Shown here piece by piece: positions 1 to 10,994 of a stretch of 64,000 bases of DNA; positions within the stretch are counted from its first letter, which is position 1; each line of letters starts with the position of its first letter. Location of the stretch: positions 1,056,001 to 1,120,000 of the forward strand of contig CAWBOS010000012.1 in NCBI GenBank assembly GCA_963790475.1, written 5' to 3'. This stretch comes from an uncultured delta proteobacterium. GTDB taxonomy: Bacteria; Desulfobacterota; RBG-13-43-22. A program made the position numbers and the translations under genes. Below the pieces are notes generated by a model. The model searched no databases. It was given only the letters and a program-made list of their open reading frames with translations, and was not told where the DNA came from.

Positions 1-256
1 CGGGTTGTTTGCTGAGAAAGGGGCCACGGCCCTGGATGGAAAAATTCCGGTAAATCCCAGCGGGGGATTGATTTCCAGGGGCCATCCCATCGGGGCCTCC
101 GGTCTGGCCCAGATCTATGAACTGGTGACCCAGCTCCGGGGTGAGGCCGGTAAAAGGCAGGTGAAGAACCACCATATTGCCATGACCGAGAACGGCGGCG
201 GTACCGTCGGGGCCGGTGAGGCGGCTATGACGATACATATATTAGAAAAAGAATAA
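1..256 (+). CDS. SCP2-type thiolase family protein, C-terminal part (runs in from the window edge)
   Basis: [17 protein letters not shown] thiolase C-terminal motif; near-identical to the C-terminus of 3959..5203. Confidence 0.9.
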   Translation, partial: GLFAEKGATALDGKIPVNPSGGLISRGHPIGASGLAQIYELVTQLRGEAGKRQVKNHHIAMTENGGGTVGAGEAAMTIHILEKE

Positions 257-257
257 A

Positions 258-349
258 GGGTTTCAAGGAGCCAAGGGGTCAAGGTTTCAAGTGAACGGCG
301 TGGAAGTTAAAAACCCTGGAACCCTTGAACCCTTGAACCCTGGAACCCT
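258..349. repeat. Inverted pair of tandem 8-mer tracts (gggttcaa-like / ttgaaccc)
   Basis: gggtttcaaggagccaaggggtcaaggtttcaag followed by aaccctggaacccttgaacccttgaaccctggaaccct. Confidence 0.7.
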
Positions 350-374
350 ATTATTTATTTAAAGGAGGAAAACT

Positions 375-1370
375 ATGGCTTGGGAAGATGTAAAACCGAT
401 TTTGAGACCCGAAGGGGTACACAAGGGCGTTATGAAGGTGGACAAGGACCTTTGCACTAGTTGCGGATTGTGCATCCAAAACTGTCCCTTCAGTGCTTGG
501 GAAATGGGTGAAGATGAACATCCCAGGTTGAAAGAGAATTATGACTGCTTTAGCTGCTATAACTGCATGGTGGCTTGTCCGGTGGATGCCCTGTCTATCC
601 AGGAATCCTACCATGTGGACAAAGGATTTTGGGCCTCGGAGCCCTGCCCCATTCCGACCAGGTTCCCTATGGAAGCCAGGGATAAGGATGGAAAGCTCAC
701 GGAATGGAACGCCATGGAACGGGCCATATTCGAAAGGCGCAGCGTCCGCAACTTCAAGGAAGACCCGGTGCCGGAAAGTTATATCCGCAGGGTCCTCGAA
801 GCCGGCCGGTTCGCACCCAGCGCCGGAAACTGCCAGCCCTGGAAATTTATCGTCGTCACCGATAAGGATCTTATTAAAGAAATGGATACGGCCATCTATG
901 GAATCATCAGCGGCCTTCATGGCATGTATATGAATGACGAAATGGTTCAGGGTCTGGTTCCCATGCTCGAGACCAACCCTAACCCGGGCGTGTTTGACCC
1001 CAGGCAGATCGTCGGCGGCTCCGGGGCCATTAGCAGAGGGGCCTTGCCGCCTTCCTTAGCGGCCCCGGCGATCATCATCATGGCCGGCGATACCAGGGCC
1101 ATTACCGGGCCGCAATTGAATATCGGCATTTGCGGCCAGAACATGAATCTGGTGGCCAATTCTTTGGGCATTAAGGCCTGCTGGGTCGGATTCTATGCCG
1201 TGCTTAACATGGTTCCACCACTATTTGAAAAGTTGGGGCTCAAACCCCCCTGGCAGGTCATCAGTTCGTTGGTCCTGGGCTGGCCCAAATTTAAGCAAGA
1301 GGGCATCGTATCCCGGGAATACCGGCCGGTCACCTGGTTCCGGGAAGGAAAGGGACCGGAGATAGACTAA
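375..1370 (+). CDS. 2x[4Fe-4S] ferredoxin-nitroreductase fusion
   Basis: CTSCGLCIQNCP and CFSCYNCMVACP motifs; RRSVRNF...APSAGNCQPW nitroreductase motif; AGGAGG RBS. Confidence 0.9.
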   Translation: MAWEDVKPILRPEGVHKGVMKVDKDLCTSCGLCIQNCPFSAWEMGEDEHPRLKENYDCFSCYNCMVACPVDALSIQESYHVDKGFWASEPCPIPTRFPMEARDKDGKLTEWNAMERAIFERRSVRNFKEDPVPESYIRRVLEAGRFAPSAGNCQPWKFIVVTDKDLIKEMDTAIYGIISGLHGMYMNDEMVQGLVPMLETNPNPGVFDPRQIVGGSGAISRGALPPSLAAPAIIIMAGDTRAITGPQLNIGICGQNMNLVANSLGIKACWVGFYAVLNMVPPLFEKLGLKPPWQVISSLVLGWPKFKQEGIVSREYRPVTWFREGKGPEID

Positions 1371-1470
1371 ACCAAAGGTCTAGGGTTTAAGGTATAAGGT
1401 TTTCCTTGAACCTAAACCTTAAGTCTTTGGACCAAAAAAAATCCCCTAATGGAGGAAGAATCCACTTAGA

Positions 1471-1548
1471 TGTCATTCCGGCGAAAGCCGGAATCCAGAT
1501 TTTGAAAGCCTAGAAGATCCTGGATGCCGGATCAAGTCCGGCATGACA
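1471..1548. repeat. REP-like palindromic element
   Basis: tgtcattccggcgaaagccggaatccag...ctggatgccggatcaagtccggcatgaca; related copies at 3810, 7021, 23571, 38620. Confidence 0.85.
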
Positions 1549-1608
1549 GAGAACATACGAACGTGGAGTTTTATTCCGGGGTTAATTTTCGTACGAAAAG
1601 GAGGCTTA

Positions 1609-2496
1609 ATGGGCAGACTTAAAGGAAAGGTGGCGGTAATTACCGGGGGATCGAGTGGAATCGGCGCGGCCACAGTTCGATTATTCGCTGGGGAAGGCGC
1701 ACGGGTGGTCATTGCCGATATTTTGGACAAGCAAGGACAAAATCTGGTTAAAGAATTGGGGGAGGGCGTAGTTTACTCCCACACCAATGTAATGCTGGAA
1801 GATGAAGTCCAGGCTGTGGTGAACCTGGCCGTAACTCAGTTCGGAAAACTGGATTGTATGTTCAACAACGCCGGCATAGGCGGAGTCGGCGGACCGATCG
1901 AGGAGACCAATACCGAAGGCTTTGATATCACGGTAGCCACTCTTTTCAAGGGGGTCATGCTGGGCATGAAACACGCCGCCAGGGTAATGTTACCCCAAGG
2001 TTATGGAAACATTATCAGCACCGCCAGTGTCGCCGGCCATAAAACAGGTTATGCCGGTCATACCTACAGCGCCTGCAAAGCAGCCGTAATCCATTTAACC
2101 CGGTCGGTGGCCATGCAATTGGGTGAATTCGGTATAAGGGTCAACTGTATCTGCCCGGGCGGGATCGTTACTCCGATCTTCGGACGGGCACTCGGTCTGT
2201 CACAAGAAGAGGCTGAAAAAACCCTGGATCCGCTTAAGGAGGTCTTTAAAAATATTCAGGCTATTCCGCGTCCCGGTTTGCCCGAAGATGTGGCCAAAGC
2301 CGCGCTGTTTCTGGCCAGTGACGAATCCGACTTTATCAACGGAGATCCCATGCAGGTTGACGGAGGTCTCGGATGGGGATTTTTGGACAGGCAGGAACGA
2401 GGAGGTAAGGTAGAGGAATTGCTTAAGGCCCTGGGGTTGGATCCGGTGATAATCAGCGAAATGTATAAATCAAGAGCGGTACCATCTAAAGGATAA
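1609..2496 (+). CDS. Short-chain dehydrogenase/reductase (SDR)
   Basis: TGGSSGIG, NNAG and YSACK motifs; start moved to ATG 1609 after the AGGAGG RBS. Confidence 0.9.
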   Translation: MGRLKGKVAVITGGSSGIGAATVRLFAGEGARVVIADILDKQGQNLVKELGEGVVYSHTNVMLEDEVQAVVNLAVTQFGKLDCMFNNAGIGGVGGPIEETNTEGFDITVATLFKGVMLGMKHAARVMLPQGYGNIISTASVAGHKTGYAGHTYSACKAAVIHLTRSVAMQLGEFGIRVNCICPGGIVTPIFGRALGLSQEEAEKTLDPLKEVFKNIQAIPRPGLPEDVAKAALFLASDESDFINGDPMQVDGGLGWGFLDRQERGGKVEELLKALGLDPVIISEMYKSRAVPSKG

Positions 2497-2507
2497 GGAG
2501 AAGGTAT

Positions 2508-3770
2508 ATGGACTACCTGGATTTGGAATTGAACTTGACCGAGGATGATCTGGCCGTCAAACGGGCGGCACAAAAATTTGCCGAGAAAATTATCCGACCC
2601 ATTGCCAGGGAACTGGACACCATGACTGCCGAACAGGTCATTGCCAAGGGTTCACCCCTATGGGATTTTCTTAAAGAAGCCTTCCAACAGGGATACCATT
2701 GCTCGGGTATGCCGGTTGAGGTCGGCGGGGCGGGTCTGACCACCCTCCAATCTTATATCGTCCACGAGGAGCTGGGCTGGGGCAGTTTCGGCCTGGCCGT
2801 TCTGCTCGGTGTAATCGGCATGCCCTTCGGTTTGATTCTGGCCAAGGCGCGTCTGCTGGGCGAAACCGAACTGGTCGATCAATTTGTAAAGCCTTTCTGC
2901 CAATGCAAGGACGGCAGCATGCGGGGATGCTGGGCCATAACCGAAGTGGAACACGGGTCCGATCTTATCGGCTGTGATAATGAAGTGTTCTGCGACCCGA
3001 ATATCCGCTGGAATATCCAAGCCAGGCTGGAGGGTGAAGAATGGGTGATCAACGGTCGGAAAGCGGCCTGGGTCTCCGGAGGAACCATTGCCAATTACGC
3101 TTTGTTGTTTGCCGGCATCGATCCACTGCAGGGGATGTCCGGTGGGGGAGTCTTTTTCTGTCCCTTAGATCTACCCGGAGTGACCAAAGGCAAACCTTTG
3201 GAAAAGATGGGCCAGAGGGATTTGAATCAGGGGGAAATATATTTTGATAATGTCAGGATTCCTCAAAAGTATCTCTTATTCGGACCGGACATGTATATGT
3301 TTCTCCATGAAGCTGTTTTGGCCGCGGCCAATGCCAGCATGGGCAACACGGCCACGGGCCTGGCTCGGGCGGCCTTTGAAGAGGCCTTGACTTATGCCAA
3401 GGTCAGGGTCCAGGGGGGTAAACCGATAATTGAGCACAACTCGGTGAGACAGCGTCTGGCTGAGATGTTTGCCAAGGTGGAGTCCTGCCGGGCCCTGTCC
3501 CGGGCTGTCCGGTTGTATAACGCTGCCCCACCCAATGGCGTGAGTCTTCTGGAGTATAGTGTGGCTTCTAAAATTACCTGTACCCAAAACGCCTTCGAGA
3601 TTGCCAACGAAGCAATTCAATTATTCGGTGGTAATGGTATGTGCCGGGAATATCTGCCCGAGAAGCTTTTCAGGGACGCCCGGGCCACATTAATTGAGGA
3701 CGGCAATAATGAGATCCTGGCCATGGGGGCGGGGAGACTTCTGGCCCAGCATTATCCGAGACCCAGATAA
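2508..3770 (+). CDS. Acyl-CoA dehydrogenase
   Basis: WAITEVEHGSD, R-Q-GG-PI, QLFGGNG and IEDGNNEI motifs. Confidence 0.9.
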   Translation: MDYLDLELNLTEDDLAVKRAAQKFAEKIIRPIARELDTMTAEQVIAKGSPLWDFLKEAFQQGYHCSGMPVEVGGAGLTTLQSYIVHEELGWGSFGLAVLLGVIGMPFGLILAKARLLGETELVDQFVKPFCQCKDGSMRGCWAITEVEHGSDLIGCDNEVFCDPNIRWNIQARLEGEEWVINGRKAAWVSGGTIANYALLFAGIDPLQGMSGGGVFFCPLDLPGVTKGKPLEKMGQRDLNQGEIYFDNVRIPQKYLLFGPDMYMFLHEAVLAAANASMGNTATGLARAAFEEALTYAKVRVQGGKPIIEHNSVRQRLAEMFAKVESCRALSRAVRLYNAAPPNGVSLLEYSVASKITCTQNAFEIANEAIQLFGGNGMCREYLPEKLFRDARATLIEDGNNEILAMGAGRLLAQHYPRPR

Positions 3771-3809
3771 AAGGTATCATAAACAAAGGCGTTAATAATT
3801 TCGCATGGT

Positions 3810-3877
3810 GTCATTCCGGTGAAAACCGGAATCCAGTGTTTACAATCCTCTGGATGCCGGATCAGGTCCGGCATGAC
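3810..3877. repeat. REP-like palindromic element
   Basis: gtcattccggtgaaaaccggaatccag...ctggatgccggatcaggtccggcatgac. Confidence 0.85.
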
Positions 3878-3958
3878 GGCGTAGGGCATGAGCTTATAGG
3901 TAAAAATTTATCTTGCCACTAATAAGGATCAGAAAAAAGAAGGACCGAGGTGAACACC

Positions 3959-5203
3959 ATGAGTGAGAATGTTTATATTCTGGGCGTGGGCATGACCAAG
4001 TTCGGAAAGTTTCTTGATAAGGGCATCAAGGTTCTGACCGGGGAAGCCCTGGAACTGGTATTCAAAGACTGTGGACTGAACCGCAGGGATATCGAAGCCG
4101 CCTGGTTTTCCAATACCTGCTGGGGCATTTATAAATTTCAACATAGTATTCGCGGACAGGTGGCCCTGACCGCCAACCAGTTAGAAGGCATACCTATCAT
4201 TAATGTTGAAAATGCCTGTGCCGGTGCGTCCACGGCCCTGCACAGTGCCTGGATGGCCATCAAGGCCGGCTATGATTGCGTCCTGGCCATCGGGGCCGAG
4301 AAACTGTACGATGAAGACCGGGCCATGGTTATGAAAAGCTTTTCATCTGCCGTGGATGTTGAAGCCATGATGGAGGCCATCACCCGGATTCAGGAAGAAC
4401 AAAAGAAAAAAAGGGAAACCGAGGGGAAGGAAAAACAAAGCGGAGGTCCCGAAAAAGAAGGAGGACATTCGGTCTTCATGGATTTTTACGGGGCCATGGC
4501 CCGACGACATATGAAGCAGTATGGGACCACCCAGCGCCAGTTGGCCGTGATTGCCTCCAAAGCCCATAACAATTCCTCATTGAATCCCCTAGCCCAGTAC
4601 ACCTTTACTCAAACGGTGGAACAGGTTTTGGAAGACCGGGTTGTTTCCTATCCCCTGACCCGGGCCATGTGCGCCCCGGTCGGAGACGGGTCGGCAGCGG
4701 CCATTATTTGCAGCGAGCGTTTTCTCAAGGCCCATCCATCCTCGAGGGCTGTATTGATCAAGGCTTCCGTCCTGAAGTCCGGAACCCTGGGAGGAGAAAG
4801 TGACATTGGAAGAAGGGCTTCCCTGGCGGCCTATGAAAAAGCGGGTGTCGGTCCACAAGACATCGAAGTGGCCGAAGTCCATGATGCCACAGCTTTTGGA
4901 GAGCTGGTCCAAAGCGAACAGTTGGGATTCTGTGCTCCGGGTGAAGGCGGACCCTTTGCCGAGAGCGGGGCAACGGCACTTACCGGAAAAATCCCCATTA
5001 ATCCCAGCGGTGGTCTTATTTCCCGCGGGCACCCGATCGGGGCTTCGGGACTGGCCCAAATCTATGAACTGGTAACCCAGCTGCGAGGTGAAGCGGGGCC
5101 AAGGCAGATCAAAAAATATCGCCTGGCCCTGGCGGAAAACGGCGGGGGAACCATCGGCAGCGGAGAAGCGGCCATGACCATACACATCTTGGAAAAAATA
5201 TAA
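3959..5203 (+). CDS. SCP2-type thiolase family protein
   Basis: ENACAGAS (catalytic Cys), EVHDAT and GHPIGASG motifs. Confidence 0.9.
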   Translation: MSENVYILGVGMTKFGKFLDKGIKVLTGEALELVFKDCGLNRRDIEAAWFSNTCWGIYKFQHSIRGQVALTANQLEGIPIINVENACAGASTALHSAWMAIKAGYDCVLAIGAEKLYDEDRAMVMKSFSSAVDVEAMMEAITRIQEEQKKKRETEGKEKQSGGPEKEGGHSVFMDFYGAMARRHMKQYGTTQRQLAVIASKAHNNSSLNPLAQYTFTQTVEQVLEDRVVSYPLTRAMCAPVGDGSAAAIICSERFLKAHPSSRAVLIKASVLKSGTLGGESDIGRRASLAAYEKAGVGPQDIEVAEVHDATAFGELVQSEQLGFCAPGEGGPFAESGATALTGKIPINPSGGLISRGHPIGASGLAQIYELVTQLRGEAGPRQIKKYRLALAENGGGTIGSGEAAMTIHILEKI

Positions 5204-5327
5204 AGAATACCGGTTCAAGGTTCAAGGTAAAATCAAAAACCAAAAACCAAAAACCGTTATACCGTAAACCTTATACCTTATACCTCGCACCTCATACCGG
5301 TATCTTTTGAATTAGGAGGGTTGGCCA

Positions 5328-6953
5328 ATGGAAAAATTAGATCCCGAAGTCTTAGCCCAAATGCTTCAAATAAAAGCCGAAGAGGTGCCTGACAAAAGAA
5401 TAGTCACCTTCGAATACGATACTGATGGCGATGAAAGCCTGACCTATGCCGAACTTTTTATGAATGCCGCCAAACTAGCGGCCTGGCTAAGGGAAAAGGG
5501 TGTGGAAAAAGGGGACCGGGTGGCCGTATTTATGCGCAATTATCCTGAATTTTTGTACGGCATTTTTGGCAGCAATATCCTCGGGGTCATCTGGGTGGCC
5601 CTCGATCCCCGCCTGGTAGGAGAAAGCCTGGAATACCAGATCAGGGATTCCCAGGCCAAGGTGATTGTGACCACCACGGATCTACTCCCGGCCCTGGCCA
5701 GGATTCAAGGATTTCAGGGGACCATCGTCTTTGCCGACAAACCGGGACTGCCAGCGGGGCTGCCGGTATTTCAAGAAATGGAAAAATCGGCCATGGAGAA
5801 GAAATTCAATATGATCCCTTTCGAAGAGATCAAACAAAGGCCCTTCGCCCCTCTCGAACAGAAAGGACTCCCCGGCGATCCCTGCCAGATCATGTATACC
5901 TCAGGGACGACCGGAAATCCTAAAGGGGTTTTGTGGCGGAACCGCAGAATGGATGGACTGGTCGATGTCCTGTGGCACTACACCAACGATGATATCCTTT
6001 ATACCGGGCTTTCCCTGAGTCATGCAAATTCCCATTCGGTTACCCTGATGCCTTCCATTTACCGGGAGATCGAATCCGTTTACAGTGTGCGTTTCTCCAG
6101 ATCCCGCATATGGGATATTTGCCGAAAATACCAATGCACCACCTATTCCTGCCTGGGGGGTATGATCGGGATGATTTATGCCATGCCGGAAAGGCCCGAC
6201 GATGCGGACAACCCGGTGCGGGTGGTGGTCAGTGCCGGCACACCGGCGGCCATATGGGAATCTTTTGAGAAACGGTTCAATGTCAAAATCCTGGAATGGT
6301 ATGGCGCCCTGGACGGCGGATGCGTTTGCGTCAAACAACCCGGCGAGGGCCCGGTCGGCTCTATGGGTAAACCCCTGCCGGTCTTCAGGACCAGGGTCAT
6401 CGACGAAAAGGGCAACGATCTACCTCCTCGGAGCCCGGGGGAGCTTATCAGCCAACCCCTGGTCGGGGAGGCCAAAGTGGAATATTTCGGTAAGGAAAAA
6501 GAATCGATGGAAAAAACCCTGGCCGGTTGGCATCGATCGGGGGATATCGTTTACCAGGATGAGGAAGGCTGGTTATATTTCTGCAATCGTAAAGGAGATG
6601 AGCTGCGCAAATACGGCGAATTTATCCAACCCTCGCTTATCGAAAAGATCCTCTGCGAGCATGAGACCGTGGCCGAGGTTTGTGTTTTTGGTGTGCCCTC
6701 CAAAGCAGGCGCCCCTGGAGAATCGGATGTCGTCGTGGCCATAGCGGCAGCGGAGGATAAGTCCGTTGAGGTAAAGGAAATTGTGGATTGGTGTAAAGAC
6801 CGATTGCCAAGGAGTCATATCCCCAGTTATTTTCAGCTGGTGGAAGAAATTCCGAAAACCATTTCTCAAAGGCCCCTGACCCGATTATTAAAGGTTGATT
6901 TTCGTGACGGTAAAGGGAAGATTTATGATGCCGAGGGGAAGAAATGGTTATAA
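5328..6953 (+). CDS. AMP-forming acyl-CoA synthetase (CaiC-like)
   Basis: YTSGTTGNPKG, SGD and IPKT motifs. Confidence 0.9.
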   Translation: MEKLDPEVLAQMLQIKAEEVPDKRIVTFEYDTDGDESLTYAELFMNAAKLAAWLREKGVEKGDRVAVFMRNYPEFLYGIFGSNILGVIWVALDPRLVGESLEYQIRDSQAKVIVTTTDLLPALARIQGFQGTIVFADKPGLPAGLPVFQEMEKSAMEKKFNMIPFEEIKQRPFAPLEQKGLPGDPCQIMYTSGTTGNPKGVLWRNRRMDGLVDVLWHYTNDDILYTGLSLSHANSHSVTLMPSIYREIESVYSVRFSRSRIWDICRKYQCTTYSCLGGMIGMIYAMPERPDDADNPVRVVVSAGTPAAIWESFEKRFNVKILEWYGALDGGCVCVKQPGEGPVGSMGKPLPVFRTRVIDEKGNDLPPRSPGELISQPLVGEAKVEYFGKEKESMEKTLAGWHRSGDIVYQDEEGWLYFCNRKGDELRKYGEFIQPSLIEKILCEHETVAEVCVFGVPSKAGAPGESDVVVAIAAAEDKSVEVKEIVDWCKDRLPRSHIPSYFQLVEEIPKTISQRPLTRLLKVDFRDGKGKIYDAEGKKWL

Positions 6954-6990
6954 CTTGAAGCTGCTTTCCATCTGAACATCACTTAAGACA

Positions 6991-7110
6991 AGTTCGCAAA
7001 AAGTCGCCGAAAGCCCATTTCTGTCTGACGAAAGTCGGAATCCAGGGATTTTAACAACTTAAAAATATCTGGACCCCGGTTTTCACCGGGGTGACGATTT
7101 TTTCGAAACC
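6991..7110. repeat. Degenerate REP/MITE-like palindromic element
   Basis: gacgaaagtcggaatccag...ctggaccccggttttcaccggggtgac with imperfect outer inverted ends. Confidence 0.6.
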
Positions 7111-7343
7111 ATCATTTAACCATCAACCCCAAGATATTTTTTGCCCGGCCGAGAAGCGCATGGCTTTATGATGGGAAAGGCTTTCGCAGTCCCTCGCTTT
7201 TTTCTTTAAAAAAATTCATCCACTCCCAAAGATGCCGGAAAGTAAAGGGCGCAATGCCCCTTTTTTAATTGACCGGCACTGATATACCGGCTATTTTACT
7301 CAATGAATATTTTTTTGAAAAAGAAGGTCTTTTTAACAGTTTC

Positions 7344-9096
7344 ATGAGATCCTACCGTACCCTCTTCCCTTACCTGCGTCAAGGACTGCTGCCCCTTCTA
7401 ATGGGCATCGTTTTGCTTTTGTCTGTGGATTTCCTTCAGCTGACTATCCCCCGGTTCATAAAAGGGGCTATCGATACCTTGACCGGAAGGCATGGCGGGG
7501 CTCAGGGGTTGAGCCGATATGTCTTTCTGATCCTTGGAGCCGCCGCTTTGATTTTTATCTTTCGGATGATCTGGCGCCGATTGATTTTCGGCCAGGGGCG
7601 CCGGATCGAAGAGGCCCTGCGCAATCGGCTTTTTGAACACCTGCTCCGACTTTCCCAATCTTACTATCAACGGACCTCGATCGGGGATTTGATGGCCCAT
7701 GCCACCAACGATATGGAGGCCGTCCGCCTGGCCCTGGGCATGGGGTTGGTTTCCATGTTGGATTCTGTGGTCCTGGGCTCCGCAGCCATTGGCTTTATGG
7801 CCTATATCAACCTCAAGCTGACCTTGATTTCCCTTTGGCCCATGCCCTTGGCCGCCTTTCTTACCCAACGGTTAAGCCGATTGCTGCACCAACGTTTTGA
7901 AATGGTCCAGGGCACTTTTTCCCAAATCATGGAAAAAGTCCGGGAGACTCTGGTCGGGATCATGGTCGTCAAGGCCTACACCCTTCAGGAACGGGAAGAA
8001 AAACATTTGGCCCGTTTCAGTCTTAAATACCATGACCAAAACATCGCTTTGGCCAGAGTTACCAGTACTCTTTTCCCATTATCGATTTTTCTGACCAACC
8101 TGAGCCTGGCGGTTATCCTGTGGATGGGGGGAAAACAGGTCATAGACCGGGAGATTACCGCAGGGGACTTTGTGGCCTTCATCAGTTATCTGGGCCTGCT
8201 TTCCTGGCCGGTGTCGGCCCTGGGATGGGGGATCAACCTTATTAAAAGAGGGGCGGTTTCCCTGGAGAGGATCGAGCGCATTTTGGAAGAACGTCCGGAA
8301 ATCTCGGATCTTCCCGGACTGACCACCCCGGTGCTCTACCCGGCGGACCTGCAAATCAAAGAGCTGACTTTTTGTTATTCCGAAAGAGAAAAACCTGTTT
8401 TGAAAGGGATCAGTTTGGAAATATCTTCGGGCGGAACGTATATCATGACCGGGAAAACCGGCTCGGGAAAGACCACCCTGGCCTTGTTACTGGTCCGGAT
8501 TCTGGAACCGGCCTATGGGACTATCTATTTGAATGGGAATGATATTCATTCCATCCCCTTATCCGACCTCAGACAGACCATCTCTTTAATTCCCCAGGAG
8601 CCCTTCCTCTTTTCCGATACCATAAGGGCCAATTTGCTTTTGGCCCGGCCCGAGGCCAATGAAGAAGAACTCCGGGAAGTCCTTCGGGCCGCGGACTTTT
8701 ATGATGAGATCCAAACCTTTCCCCAGGGGTTGGATACCGTGGTGGGAGAAAAAGGGGTGCTGCTTTCCGGGGGGCAGAAACAAAGGCTTTCCCTGGCTCG
8801 GGCTTTGCTGATCAACCCGGCCATCCTTATCCTGGATAATACCCTGTCCTCGGTGGATTTGAATACCGAGCGTTCCATACAAGAAACCTTGCGACGTTTT
8901 CGAGACAGGGCGGACGACGATTTTTATTTCTCACCGATTGGTCGGCTGGGAAGGGGTGGACACGATTTTTTTTCTGGAGGCGGGAAAATTATTGGAGTGG
9001 GGGAGTCACGAACAATTGATCCGGCAAGAGGGTTATTACGCCCGCCTTTACCGCTATCAGCGGCTGGAGATGGAATTGCGTCAGGGGGTTTTTTAA
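7344..9096 (+). CDS. ABC exporter, TMD+NBD half-transporter subunit 1 (frameshift near 8905)
   Basis: GKTGSGKTT, LSGGQKQR and ILILDN motifs; the H-loop RTTIFISHRL...GYYARLY lies in another frame ending TAA 9096, directly before the next ATG. Confidence 0.85.
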
Positions 9097-10866
9097 ATGC
9101 CTCCCGCTGATTTTGGTTATATCGAAGGTGAACAGTTAGGCCGTCCTTACGATTTTGGTCTGCTGAAAAGACTTTTTCCTTATTTGTGGCCCTGGCGAAA
9201 AAAATGGTTTCTGGGACTTTTTCTGTCCGTCGGCCTGACCTTACTCGACCTGATCCCTCCTTACCTGACCAAACAGGCCCTTGATCTGCATATCCTGGCC
9301 GGGGATTGGAAAGGGTTAAGGCCTCTGGCCCTTTTATTGCTTCTGATCCTGATGGGCAATTTCGGCCTCCAATACATCCAGGCCATGGTCCTGGAACGGT
9401 TGGGGCAAAAGGTGATGCACACCCTTCGCCTGAAATTGTTTTCCCATCTCCTTTCTCTGCCCCTTTCCTTTTATCAGCATACCCCGATAGGGAGGATGAC
9501 TACCCGGGTCACCAATGATATTGAAAACCTCAATGAGATGGTCAAATCCCTCTTGGCCACTCTTTTTAAAGATATATTCCTGGCCCTGGGGATATTGGGG
9601 GTCCTTTTATATCTGGATTACCGGTTAGCCCTGGTTACCTTCACCTTGATTCCGGTTATTTTTGTCTGTGCTCGCCTTTTCAGCCGCAAGGCCAGGGATG
9701 CCTTCCGGGATCTGCGACACAGGGTGGCCCAGCTAAATGGTTTCCTCCAGGAAAGCCTTTCCGGCCTGACCCTGATCCAGATTATGGTCCGGGAGAAGAA
9801 AAGGAACGAGGACTTCAGGGAGGTCAACCACCAGGCCTATCAAGCCGGTATGAAACAGGTTCAGGTCTTCGCCCTTTTCATGCCCTTGATGGAATTGATC
9901 TCGGCCATGGCTATTGCCCTCCTGATCTGGTATGGGGGCGGCCAGGTCATCAAGAAGACCTTGACCCTCGGTTCTCTGGTGGCCTTTCTTTCCTATATCC
10001 AAATGTTTTTCAGACCGCTGCGAGAAATGACCGAAAAGTACAGCGTCATGCAGTCGGCCATGGCTTCTCTGGAAAGGATTTTTTCTCTGATGGATGAGCC
10101 GGCCGAGGAGGAACCGGCCGTCCCCGGCAAGATATTTTTCCTTCCTGGAAAGGAGAGATTGAATTTCAACAGGTCAGTTTTGCCTATAATCCCGACAACT
10201 GGGTTATTAAAGACCTCTCTTTCTCATTAAAGGCTGGCGAAGTAACGGCCATCGTGGGAATGACCGGCGGCGGTAAAAGCACCTTAATCAATCTCCTGGA
10301 AGGTTTTTATCTTCCTCAAAAAGGAAAAATCCTGATTGACGGCCAAGACCTCCGGACTTTACCGAAAAATGTCCTTCGTTCCATCATCGGTCTGGTTCCC
10401 CAGGAAACCATCCTTTTTGCCGGGGATCTCAAGGACAATATCCTGCTTCAGGATGCCGGCACATCGGCACCCGATTGGAGACCCTTTACGGAATCCATAC
10501 ATCTGGGGCCGCTTCTTGGATAAGATGGAAAGCCAAAGGGTGGGGGCCATCTCTTCGGGTGAGCAACAATTGGTGGCCTTGGCCCGGGTGATGGTTCGAA
10601 ATCCGGTTATCCTGATTCTGGATGAGGCCACCTCTCAGGTGGATGCCTATACCGAGACCCTGGTCCAGGAGGCCATCCAAAAACTGCTGGCCGGGCGCAC
10701 GTCCTTGATTATCGCCCATCGGCTCTTCACCCTGCGTCAGGCCAGAAGAATTCTGGTCATCCACGAAGGAAAGTTGGTGGAAGACGGGACGCACGAGGAA
10801 CTGATGAAGAAGCAGGGATATTATTTCAGGCTGTATCAGCTGCAATTTAATAAAAACGGGGAGTAA
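9097..10866 (+). CDS. ABC exporter, TMD+NBD half-transporter subunit 2 (two frameshifts, near 10135 and 10510)
   Basis: TMD in 9097..10230; KGEIEF...GMTGGGKST in a second frame; ISSGEQQ, ILDEATS and IAHRL in a third frame. Confidence 0.85.
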
Positions 10867-10994
10867 CGGGAAGCGACCCAAGTGATCCCCAACCACTAAA
10901 GATAAAAACAGGAGACAAGAGTTTTTATGGACAATGACTCGATTACCAGACATAATAGGTTCAAGAATTAACCCATAAATAAGGAGAGATTAAG

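Noticed and set aside
7140-7265. Possible c-di-GMP riboswitch upstream of the ABC exporter
   Set aside because: Only fragmentary GAAA/GCAA resemblance; the two-stem consensus cannot be built
8900-10525. Programmed frameshifting in the ABC exporter genes
   Set aside because: No consistent slippery site or stimulatory structure; similar indels occur in unrelated genes across the window
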